Source: Acanthaster planci (Eukaryota). From it: 62,000 nucleotides of DNA. Shown piece by piece: positions 13,601 to 26,159 of this stretch. The DNA is taken from assembly GCF_001949145.1 (NCBI RefSeq), contig NW_019091403.1, positions 62,001-124,000 of the forward strand, given 5' to 3'. The notes beneath the pieces were generated by a model that was not told the origin of the DNA, did not search any database, and worked only from the letters and a program-made list of their open reading frames with translations. The translations under genes and the position numbers were made by a program. How positions within the stretch are numbered: position 1 is the stretch's first letter; every line of letters starts with the position of its first letter.

Positions 13601-16600
13601 GAATCAAAAAAATGACATGATTTACCAGAGAGCGTTGAACGCAGGTTCAACATGCTCCAAAGCCTTTAGACCAAAGAACATCACATACTGCAATACAGAG
13701 CAAGAAATCAATAAATTCAAGATAAAAAAAAAGCTCAGAGGGTGAAGAGGTTGAAAAGGGGAAGCATCCCTCTTCTAACGAGAACAAAAGCAGGAGTTGA
13801 TTTGAGGAATCAAAAGAATCCTGCCTACGCACGCTTTTCTCTGCCGGCGGCTTACCACGTAAAGAACCAGGATGACGTCCCTGAGAAGATAACAAAGCCT
13901 CAAAGAGATCCTCAGAAAAAAGAGAGAAAAAAATCAATATTAATGCAAGAGTTCTCGAGATGTTATCGACAGCGTCGTGGTGATGTCAAGCTGGGCTTAT
14001 CTCTAAGGCAGGCGAGCAGTGTGGTGAGAGTGGTCATTTGTCAATGATGGATTTTTTCTCTTTTTGTTGCAAGAACACCTAATGAGTGGCGAGGGGGCTG
14101 ATGCCATACCATTTGCTTTGATCCTATCACTATCGTGATAACTCTGGCTCTCCCCGAAATATGTGTTGCTGCTGCGATGCTGCAAGATGCGCATTCGCCA
14201 TTTCAAAACAAGGATTTACGAGGCTGGAACTGTGCGCTTCAGAAGTTTGGCCCCCCCCAAAAAAGAAGAAATTTCTTCCTTGTTCCAGTCAGCAGCTTGT
14301 GTTCACAATCAAGTTCCGATAAAGTTTTTTCTCTTAAACTTTTTTTCCCCTTTTCCAAAGTGAAACGACAAAATCGAACAAACATGCAAATATTCTTCAA
14401 AGCATTTCTTTTTTATTTGGGGCAAAAAGTGTCACTGAACAGGATTCACAATAAGATACGAACATTAAAGAACTGTCCATATGACTCCATTTCTTTTCAC
14501 AGAGGCATGCGATTCCAGCTCGAGTGTCGGAATGGTTGCAGAAACTGTACCATATTGTGGCAAATGCACTTGAATCGGAACACCTACGCAACGGCCGCAA
14601 AGACTGGCCAACAAAACCCAAAAAGGCGCCGAGATGAAAAGATTTGGGCACTGGGGGGAACTTAATCACTGACAGCTCCTGCACGGTTCGCCATATCTCA
14701 CCATTACATATGCATCTACCTGTATGCATATCTCCTAACAAAGGCAAAGGTAAATTTCTACTGAAAATTATAAAGTCAATGAGAAGAGTTTCGGTACCCC
14801 ATGCACAAAAACACCACCTAACCCCCCTCCCCTCACTAGAATATACCACTAATATCATACAGTCCTGTTAAGAACCCCTGAGGCAGTCTTGATATACACA
14901 AGTAGATAACCGACTGCCCTATATTGCGCATCATAAATTTAATTTTCGCCTCTCTCAGAAACCGCTGCCTTCTAGCATCTTGCATGTACCGGTTGTCGGT
15001 AGGAAAAAAAAAAATGGAAGCGAGGCGAGGAGACTGTATTAATCTGTCTCATCGCACAAGGACGGTAATTTTTTGGCGTGTCTTGGACGAACTCTCTGAT
15101 GAAATGGATTACGTGCACTTGACTCTCTCGCATGCCGAGTACGCATGTGTAATGCTGATGCAGGTTAGAACGTCAAGTGCCTGAATGTAAAGTAGAAGAG
15201 GTGCCAAATGGCTCCACTCCAAAATCTGCCGTCCCCACCACAATAAAGATCTTTGGGGGGTAACGATCTTCTTAAAGGGGGCATTTCTGAAGTACTAAAT
15301 GGAGTTCTGGACCGTCCACCCACGCAGCATGAGCAACTTAATGCACAAGTCAATGCGAATCCAAAAATGGCCAACATGTTTGCACCCTGCATTTAAAGTA
15401 CACTCGAATATAGGCAGTAACAACTGCATATCCCAAGAGATGCGGGTCCAAATCTTCCACAAATGATAGACTGTTCACAAACACTGCAAAACACTGAATA
15501 CACCAAAGCTGTGTGATACCTCAATGCATTTTAAACACGAACCTTTGGCAGATAAAGCTTGTGGATTTTGAAGACACTCTGAAGTAAAATATGTATGAAT
15601 ACAATATTACAGAATGCAAGGTAACTATGCAGAAGGCTTCCGTGGATCAGATTCTAATCAAAATTTTTAGACAACTTCATCTTTGGCAAGACTTCTTTCC
15701 TTCATTTAAATTTTAAATTCCCACTATAAGTACTTCAAAACTGTCATTCTATTTAATAGCAGCTTTTTTGTTTTATTATTATTATTTATTTCTGGTAATG
15801 ACACCAAGGATTCCTAAAAAGCGCCCTAGGCACTGTAGCTCGCAAGCCTGAAGTTATTAGATTTTGAGTGGAGTAAAAATAGAAATCATACTTTTATACT
15901 CATCTCTGAGCAAGTACGAAAGATGTACTACGTGTACATGTACATTATCTCATATTACTGATCTACTAAAGGCTTCATAACAAGCTGAAATGATTGAAAG
16001 CCATTCGTTGAAGTCATACAAGAATCTGTTGGAATTATTACTCAAATATAAACATTTGCAGGGGTTTAAAGTCCCAAAAGTCCAAACAATTAACATTTAC
16101 GAACAGCCACAGTTTTCCTGCCGACTAGGCTTGCATCGTTTAATCCCATTAAGCGCTAATCTGGCACCCTCGCCAAAACCACCTAGAAAAAAAAGAGTGT
16201 GGCAATGCTGCTTCTGTAGAGGAGTTCTGCTCCCCCCTCCCCGCCACATGTGCGCAACATTGAACTGGGCACGACCAGGCATTATTCAAATCTCACAAGC
16301 ATCGCACTCCCAGTAAGCGCCTACCACTTTACAAGGTAAATTTTCCCACGCAGTTAATGAGATTGAGATCCGCCGCTCAGGCGCAGGAGCTGGAGGGGAG
16401 CGTGAATGACACAGTTGCCAACTGTGGACTCACTTCCATCACGCTAGATTTAATTTTCACCCTTAACCTCGTTCGCCGATTCTCTGCACTTTCTTTTTCT
16501 CTTCCCTCCCCAGACGGCATATATGGACAAGGTTGACACACCAGGCATAATTACAAACGGATCAATGTGGATGAAATTGAGTCACTTCGAATTCATTTCC

Positions 16601-19600
16601 TCGGCTGGGACAGGGAATGGCCTGCCGACGTGTAGCAGTCGGTTGAACTGCATTCACAGGGGCCACAGCCAGTGCCATTCCTAGCATTGCTGCATGCACA
16701 CACATACTTGCAGCCAGGCCAAGTTAACTACGAGATATTTTGGGCGATTCAGGGAAAGGTCTGAAGAATCAAAACCAGCTGGTCCTAGTTACAGTTTGAG
16801 GGGCCACTAATTGTTTAATCTATCGCCGTAGAAACAAAAAAACCTACTAGTCAGCTTCCTGTCCAGACAAGAGAGTTGTGGGGGGGGGGCAGTCTGATTG
16901 ACTAGGGGACATCACCAAGAAAACTACTCACAGCCATGCAAGTCACTGCATTTAGTCAGTCATTCCATAACCCCAGAAGGGGTTTTCAACTCCCACCAAA
17001 CGTGTGTACTGAGTGATTGAAATTGGTCATACATGTATATTCTCACAGGTACTGGTACCAGTACAAGACCATTGACTTGCTCTGAACAAAGTTGGTAACT
17101 CATTTCAAATGAGTTTTACATGTATGCGAGACCTTTTTTACTGCACCAGTACATCATGATGTACCAGGGAATATGCTGGAATATACAACTGGAAAAAGCC
17201 TACCTTTGGTTTGCATTTTTTGAGGAATGCACAGGTGAAAATAACAGATTAAACCAACCAAAATCCACAGGGTTTGCCCCTTTCGGTTGACAAGCGCTCA
17301 TCTATGAGCTTCAACACTGAGTTAACATGTTCCTGAGTCATTTTGCTCACTGGCTGACCTTTTGGAACACTGTACAAACAGTGCTGTTTACCTTTAAACA
17401 TTCGCTTCACGCATAAATCAATTTCACTTGCTATTCTCATGCCGCACTGTTTAGAATGACACGGGGGCAACTTTTAAAAAATCCAATATTCATTACAACA
17501 TGATGGTACCATATTGATCCTGGCTTAAGACAGAGTTTAGACGCACCGGTGATGTGCAGGTAATGTCAATGTGTGCAAATACCACGGCACAGATACACAG
17601 GCTGCCAGTCGGGGTAATCAAGTCACATGTCATTATGTCTGGATTAATCCCGTCGGTTCCCAGTCAATATCGTCACATCTGCCATATCTCGCACATGTGC
17701 ACTTATTTGGATTCCTCCCCCCCCCCCCGACTTGTGTTACATCGCAAGTTGTGAATATTCAAAATTGTTTTAGAGGCTGGCATCTTTAAAGGGGCATGTC
17801 ATTCCACATGAGAGCGATGGCTACTTGGCACCCGAGCTATGATTGTAAATAGTCACATCAGACAACTATTACATTAATTAAACTGAGTGTGCATCACTAG
17901 ACATGAGCCCTTTCGTGAGCATCTTGCTTCTCGACCAAAACAAGTGTGGAATTATTGTTGTTAGATTGTGCCAGTAAATGCATAGTTAACTTTCAGGAGC
18001 TCCGAGATAAACAAGCGACATTTCTAATGCACACTTCTTCATTAAAAGATACTGAAGTCCTATTCATGAATATCATCCCGGCGATAATATGATTCCTATG
18101 GCGTGTTTGGCAGTGTTTAGGCACGCATTTCCTCAATCAGGGCCCAAGCAGAGTTTATCAGCTTTGCCATTTCCAGTTTGCCTGACCTTTCCTTACAGCA
18201 AACACTCCCAAAAGCTGAGCGTCCAGCGCTAACCTCAGTGGCCCCGTGATCTCGCCAAACATTTACCGCATTTACGAGGGCTCCTTAAACCACTTTTCAT
18301 TTGACGGACTCTAACAGCAGACCTTGTGTGCTTTTAGCCGTGAGCTACCCGAATAGATAACACAGTAGCAGAAAATCACCATTCTGCTCTGTGGAGAGAG
18401 GGAACTGGATCAGGTTTAATGCTGGATGGCTTGATTTTTTTAACTCTATCTGGGAGTCATGGGCCCTCTTGCGTAGCAGACTTAAGGGGAAACCTTATAG
18501 TACAAGGAGAGAACCACATGCCTGTGGGCTGTTTTTGCAGGCCATCACCCCACACAAATTTAATCATGGCAAAGCCTGGTACGCATACGGGGTGCTGATC
18601 TTTCCAAGCTGGCTGAGTTTATACACTCCAGAGCTGGATATAAATTATACATGCAGATCCTCCCGAAATTATGAGGGCCGATTTGCATGCAGATTGCCAA
18701 CAAATATTCAGTAATGGAGGCACAAGTTTGGCCCATGTTGATGCCCCAACAATACTGATTGCGGCTCATCGAGGTACAGTCAAGGCAGTGACTTCAAGGT
18801 GTGGCCTACTGACACATCACAGCTATTTGTAATTTCAAGCAAGTGGTGTTCACAATGACAGACACACAGCCTGGGTTTCCCAGTTGACAACACACCCGAC
18901 TCTTTTCAATCCTTTTCCCCAACCACACTCCGATAACAACACTCGGTAATTTGAATTCCGATACAACCCACAGTCCACAATGCCTTACAATAGACAAACC
19001 CCCTCTCCCGAAAAATCTCACCATGACAATCTAATTTGCAAGTCTAATGCACCGAAGACTTTTAAATCCCCTGCTTCTGGCCGAGTCTTTTGAGCGTTCT
19101 GAGCCATTTCTATGACCCTCATTTCGCTGGAGTGCACTCTCAAAATTTGGTTCCCTATGCAACGGGGGGAGGGGGGAAGAGAGCTTAAAAAACCAGGAGG
19201 GCTTTCAGAGTACCAAGAGAAGCATTTTGAATGAGGATTTACTTCAGTGGCATGTTTTGAATAGCTGATGAATGTCAATTGTGTTGGGGGCCTTTTCAGA
19301 GGAGGAGCCATGAAAAGGTCGGAATACTTCCCAGTGAAGGTATTGTGGGAGCTCATTAGGGCATGCCAGGGGTGCAACAACCAATAGAATGGCACACTGT
19401 GGGCAAGGCCGCAGGAGCAAGGGATTTTAGGGCAGACTGACCTCCACTTGCAAGAGAGCCACCAAATGCATTTTTGAGCCTACCACCAGTGGTGGTGGCC
19501 AACAAGCCAACGCACAAGTTTGTAAACCCACCAGTGCGTTGACATAAGCATAGTCATCAACACGCTGTCATTTATGACCATATCTGACTGACTTCCTATC

Positions 19601-22600
19601 ACAGAATTGTCAACATGTCAATTAATACACCCCTGCTTCTCCCTCCCGGCCCGACTTGTTACCCTATATTTCTGACCACCCGTCACTCAGTTCTGGCCTG
19701 CTTTTTGCCATCATCAGCCCTCCTCGGTTCAAATTCCCTTACTAATGCAGTTCACTGAACTGTCAGCGAAAGGAAAGAGAGGCTCACTGGAGCACACTGG
19801 GTTTTTCAAGAGCGGGAAGTACATATTCCAGCACTAGCTTTCTCCCAACATGAACCTTGGAAGACATCTGATACCTACATTACTTGATCCTAGTGTAGTC
19901 TTCTCAACACAGTTTGCTGTTTACTCACGAATGCTTTCCGTGACAGAAGTACAAGAAACAAAACCACCGCACATCAGTGCTCTACAGCATGGCTACCGTG
20001 ACAAAAATTTATTGCAGATGTAAATTTAAAAAATTGGGTATACATGCTGGTACTGCACTTGAGTGGACATGCACATGTAACTAACAGAAAAATCCCTTTC
20101 TCTTTAATAAATGGATCACTCGAATGACAAGCCCTTTGTAATATATGGCCTACAAGTAAACTTGTCAATCCGACATGTAAAAAAAATGCATTCTGAAATC
20201 CCTTCTGGAGTCCTTACTATGAAAAACAAAAACAAAATGTACACATGAGACTGGTACATGTAATTACAAGAATTATTGATGGTACACAGTACAGCTAGAG
20301 ATGTTTTACAGGGTTGCCACATTACCGCAGCTGGTTCTTTCTTTTCACAATCCTTTCCACAAAGAACCCCGATATGGGATTTCATAATCACCAATTGACT
20401 GAATGCCACTCCCGGGAAAAATTCCAGTGTGGAGGAGCGCCAAGTCTGGTGAACATTCCTGGCATATCAGCCCAGCACAGTAAAGCTTACACCAGGGAGC
20501 AAGGAAACAGATGTACTGTATTAGATCCATGGCCAGGGTACCTACATGTATATCTATCAGAGGCGTGGACGCACTGGCAGTCCCTCTAAACAGGAAGTGG
20601 GGCTGTGTAATCCAGAACCGCCGCCCCGGCAGAACAAGAGAGGAACCGAACAAAACAACCTACCACAGGACATGGGGGAACTGCCCGGGCAAAGGATGTG
20701 GCAAACGAGATAAGGCAGGAAATTGAGATGGTAGTGCGGCCAGCTGAACAGGATGCAAAGGGACAGTGCGTATTCATTTGCTGTCTGATATTACATTCCT
20801 GGATGAGAGTTTTGCCATTTCGCTGTTTCATCTGCTGATGGAGGTTTTAAATTCAACTGGAGGCATGGCAGGCTTCAAGTTGCGACAAAAAATACTCACT
20901 GAACCTACATGCACACATAGTTATACACTACACAACAGAGCTTGATAGATGAATGTATCCTGTGCTTTTGTGTAACTTTCCATTTTGAAGAAACATTTCA
21001 GACAGGTCGGGAATTGGGTTTTACCATAACCATGGCGATAGCCACCTCCATTTTATTTTCTCAGCACTCCAGCCACAAACAGCGACCGACTTCAGATGTA
21101 CAGTACATGTAGGTCCGCCTGAATAGATTTTTTTTCTTTCAGGTTCTGTATCATACATGTTCTCGACAAAATTCATTTCATGGTGGCCCCGCCAGGTGAT
21201 GAATAAATCTGAATGCTTCCATTATCAAATGAAGACAGTGGCAAGGCATGTATCTGGGTCTCCCGCCGCCGTCAGACATGCCCCCAAGACAAAAGTCTCT
21301 CCTGAAGATTGATTCTTGCCTTTCGCATCGGTGCGTGCACATCGACTGGGCTGCAGGGACGGACATGAACGTACTCCTAATCCTACTTTTGTCTCTAATT
21401 GCATTCTGCCTCCGTAGCCTCAAAGTCGTGTTTCTAGATGACAGTTCTCCTGGGGAAGACACTCAATCTGCAAATCCAAATGTTTAGAAGGAAATGGTTC
21501 CACGAACTGTGAAACCATACTAGTGTGGTATGACATACCAGTCCCACCCATACAGTGAACAGCAGAACAAGACACATGTAACTTTGAACCAAACTTTCAA
21601 AGAAGATTTTCTTACCAACAATGATTTCGTTGATACAATTGCCCATTTTTTATTACCGAATTCACAACACACAACAGTTTTCAAAGATGCTGGACAGTGC
21701 CACCGACTTGCTTTTTTGATAGTTGGCAGCAACTCCATTCTCTTTAAAAAAAAAAATGCTTGTCTTACAATAAATCCTGACACATGCATATGTAGCTGAT
21801 GTACATATGTACACATAGGGTCCAGACTACAGTCAAAATGTTTCATTCACAGTGGACTTCATGTCAGCGGCACAATTACAGAAGGAAAAAAAAGTAAATA
21901 GAAAACACTGACATTGTCTGTCAAAAGAATAGGAGGTTGGAGCCAAATTTCCTGTTTGTGCAGATTCCTGTTTTTGAGGGGGACATCATTCAATGAACTG
22001 TCAATGACAGGGTTGCTTTGTACTGCATACAATCCCAACTCCCAATTGATGAAACATGATAGTAGAGTAGACCGTAATGTTGACGTTAGACAGCAATGTT
22101 TGCACCAATGGGAAACACATCAAGGATGCTTCCTAGGACGACATTAAATCAACAATTTAATAATTTCTACAGATGGGAGCACACAAGGCAGTTTAATGTG
22201 AAGACCATCTATGCATATGTATACCTTTGACACATAGTAAAGTCAATCCAATCTACCTCTGAAGTACATGTGCCCACACGTAGGCCCCTATGCAAAGTAT
22301 GGAACGTTGTCATCTGGGCAAATGGTTAGTATCGATTGCGATTTTGAAATAATCTTCAACACCAGCCGGCTAGCAGTGACAGAATTCATTTTGCGCCAAA
22401 CTCCATATGAGCTTGCAAGGCTCCGAGAAAACAGCAGGGCAAGGGTCAACTTATGAAGCTAGGGGTCGGGGGTCAGGGCATCAGAAGACCTTCTCTGGGT
22501 CTAGATCTTCGTCAGCAAAATTCCTGACATCAGGTTGGCCTATCAGGGTACTCCACCCTGGCCGCATCAATCATCCCCCAGCAAGCAGACTACACACATA

Positions 22601-25600
22601 TGGGCTGGAATTTTATGTGATCAGGATTTTTCCACAGACGGGCAAGACATGCTATGGGGTGTAAGCTGGGGGGCAACTCTTGGTAAATACATGTAGCATG
22701 CAGTAACTGCTTCCTACCTGGACAACCCCCTCAGTTACAGTCACTCAGCGCCTCTCTTGAAAGTAATTAATTTAAACCAAGAGCAGTCAGGGACCAAAGA
22801 CCACAAGTAATTGGTCCCTACCACCACATTTGTCGGAGCAATTATATTTGATAGGTTCATATAAATACTATATACACATTTGAGGGCCATTATGATAATT
22901 CTTGACTTGAAGGTAGGCAGGGACTGTTTGTGTGCTTTCGCACTGACTAATTAAAATAATCCATGCGTTATTTGTGCCAGGTGAACTCATCAGGGTATCC
23001 TGTCTCCACAAGGTTCAATATTGTAGGACTGACGTCTGTGCACATACATGTACATGTACTTGTACTCGACTAGCAGGCAAGCAATGGGGCAGAACTGCAC
23101 AAGCAATAACCGTTAATACTGACCTCCTGAGAAATGAAACTCTGTGCAGCCTTACATTATGACGTTCCAGTTGAGATAACAACTTTTCATTTCTGACCTC
23201 CATTTCTGATTTTGTTGAGAGCCACCCTTGGGTTAATTAAACCCCAATACCACTCAGTAAGACCAAAGGGTCTTGCACTTGTCACTGTTTCCATGTAAAA
23301 TTCCTGGCTAAAATCTCGGGAATACAGCCAGACCTTCGTCTGTGTAGCAGGTTTTTCCCTGCTTCTTTTACCTCACCAGAGACCTACTTTATTCTTGAAT
23401 TATTCCTTCCCACCATGCAAAGCCCCTTCCAAAAGCTTCCTTCAAAGCAAGTTAAATACCCCCAATCCATATTCTGAAAAGCCATATAATCCAGTTCAGG
23501 AAATTCTCTCTTGCAGACTTACAATCTGTGCTACTTTGCACAGCACATCCTCCTGAGAGGGTTGCACAGAATTTGAGCTAAGGTCATCAACAAACAAGGT
23601 TGACAAACAAAATGTATCAAGTGTCATCAACAACAGAACTTACAGGTATTATGACTGCTGAAGGCATTTAAGAAATTTTGAAGACTAGTTTGGTACAATC
23701 CTGGTACAGCTGAATACAGCACTGAAAGACTTCAGGAAAGATGCAAAAGGTTTGCAAATTTTGAGGAAACGATTCACCTCACTCTCAGGTTTCAAGTGAG
23801 ATTACTGAGTTACTTTTTCCCCAATTTGGATGCAGATGACTGTATCCAAATCCATCACCCTGTCTTAATCTTAATCCCACTTTCCAAGAAAGACAAAGGC
23901 CGGGTTCATTAACAAATCAGGCTCTGTTTGTGGCATTCAAGCTTTGTAACAGATACAACCCTGCGAATCATGCACGGACTTGTGAAGTGCAGAACGCTAG
24001 CTCTTGAGGATCGGATGGGAGCTTCAGGTTTCGCTGACATGCCAGACACGTGAGAGGGGCAGTGTATTTCCTAGCATTAAACTGGCATTTCATTACTGAT
24101 TAATTTATGTTGCATAAGCTATCATCGCTCCCTCCACGCTTCCCAGCACTTGGCTAAAACATCCATATGACTGTGTGCGTGCATTTTGTCATCTTTCTTT
24201 TTTTCAAAATCTAGACAGAGCAGAACAAATCAACCCTGAATCAAACTGAAGCAAATCAATGACTACCGCGGCCTTGACAGTCCAGTGATTCTGGGGGCAT
24301 TTACATGTACACAAGTCTGTTCCAACCTGGCCGTTTCTTTGCAGACAGCGAATATAACTATAATCCTTGTGAAAAATCAATCCTTTCTTCCCCTAGCCAA
24401 GCATTAGAGTAAACAGCCATGATGTTGTTGCCCTGTCACTTTTCCTGAGGTTTTTCATAACTCTGAATATTCATTATCTGCTCCATAGGGAATAATCCAG
24501 ATTTCAAACGAGATCACTGAGGTGCATAATCCCCGCCAGAGAGAATAAAAGAGTACACACACCCTCGTCCATAGCTGCACACGGTGAACGAACGGTAGTC
24601 TGGGGAAATGGTATTTTAAGTACATGCACTGAGAGTAAGGGAAACAAATGTAAATATGAGATGGCTGCTGTAGAACACTTGTGTTCAGGAAATGACCCGA
24701 GTTCAGGGATGTGGAGTTCCTGTTCAAATAAAATCTCAAAGGTCCACATGTGGTACCATGAGAATTGAGAGCAAACAAACACGCTTGGGAGGTTTTACAT
24801 TGCACATCATCAAAAGTGAAAGTAGGGCCTGCTGTGAAATTTATAAAAACACTAACACAACAGGTACAAATACTCATGACAGAGTGAATTATTTTTGGGG
24901 GGGGGCCAAAGCAGCTGACGTGCAGACCGTATTTCTTTGTCGAGCATTTCGGCTGAAATGATTTTGACAGGACTTGGCATTGGGCAAATCGAAATTCATT
25001 CTTGAAAGAACAACATAACTTTTTTTCCTTAGAGTTCCTGAAGATCACTTGCAATAAAAAAATTCATAAATATTTTATATTTCCTCAAAACTATGGTAAA
25101 GACTGAGAATATGGTCTAAATCACAAAAGTGTACGATTCATGACCCCAAAAACCTTGAAATTCTAATACTAATATAATAAATTAGGAATAGTTTTGTACC
25201 TAGAAATGAAGAATTCGTTTCAGTTGCAAATTTCAAAGGTGTTTTAATAATACCGGGCATACAAGGAAATATCATCAGCCACAAACCTCTTCCACATATT
25301 TCCTTACTTTGTTAGCTAAGAATCCCACAGCAGTGTGTGTTCTAAAAGAAAAAAAAGGATTCAACATTGCCCATATAAAGCCACAACCTCCATTCACGGT
25401 GAAACCACGACACCAACCCCCAACGAACAAAATGCATGATTCATCCGCATTCCCATGCACCAGCACCACAGCAGCGTAGCGCTAGTCCACCACTCACATT
25501 CACAACACAATGACAACTCGTCAACGATTTCTTGAAAATTCTCGGTTTAACCACAGCAGTTTTTCCCCGAACGTCACGTCCAGATGTAAGTAAGTCAGTC

Positions 25601-26159
25601 TCATCAAAATCCAAAGTAATCGAACTTTGTGACTGGAAAGGGCTCGCAGACACATTCGTGGCGTTTAAACGGCTGGCAAACAACCAAATACATGTACATT
25701 GAAGAAGGAAATACGAAAAAATGCGCACAAATTCGATTGTGGTGAGGATAGTTTGGCACACGGCTCGGGACACAACTTTCTCAACTGAAGAAAGAATTTT
25801 CAAAGACGAAAAAACACCAACTCACCTTCATCGATAATTCTTTCCACGTGCATAAACATGTTTGGTAACACAGAGAGAGACTTCTTGTCGTTTAAAAGCT
25901 GAGCTAGGTAATCAGTGCTGTTTGGAATCGGTGGGTGTTGTTTCTCAATGCTGGGATCCGCCATCTTCATCGGCGGTGTATGCACGGGAAGCGGCACCGG
26001 GACGGGGGCCGGGGCGGAGAGAAATACACCGCTGCTCGGCACCACCGTACCGCCCGGCAGAGAGTTCGGCGGCGGCATGGGCACTGGCAGTGCAGTGTTC
26101 GTTGCTGGGGACACGACGGACAGACCGTCACCCCTGTCGTTGGGCACAACAACGGACAT
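7606..26159 (-). CDS. QKI: Quaking / STAR-family KH RNA-binding protein, 5' part: coding exon 1 at 25826-26159, exon 2 at 7606-7736; gene continues beyond window position 1
   Basis: Exon 1 encodes DYLAQLLNDKKSLSVLPNMFMHVERIIDE (QUA1 dimerisation region) and ends G|GTGAG (phase 1). Exon 2 starts after TTTTGCAG and gives EISKVRKNMY...LPEPQGAPITLSEKLYVPVKTYPD, ending |GTAAG. The join reads DEEISKVR, matching recalled Quaking LDEEISRVR...KLYVPVKEYPD. The next expected exon (FNFVGRILGPRG) was not found in 1-7605. Confidence 0.93.
9199..9237. repeat. (TACATG)n hexamer microsatellite
   Basis: CATGTACATGTACATGTACATGTATGTATGCACATGTAC; isolated TACATGTA octamers recur throughout the introns. Confidence 0.8.

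Noticed and set aside
14135..14858. Overlapping 176-aa and 153-aa ORFs
   Set aside because: No motifs, they run through homopolymer tracts, and there is no splice support.
24455..25054. 199-aa minus-strand ORF in QKI intron 1
   Set aside because: No recognisable domain, non-ATG start, composition like translated intron.
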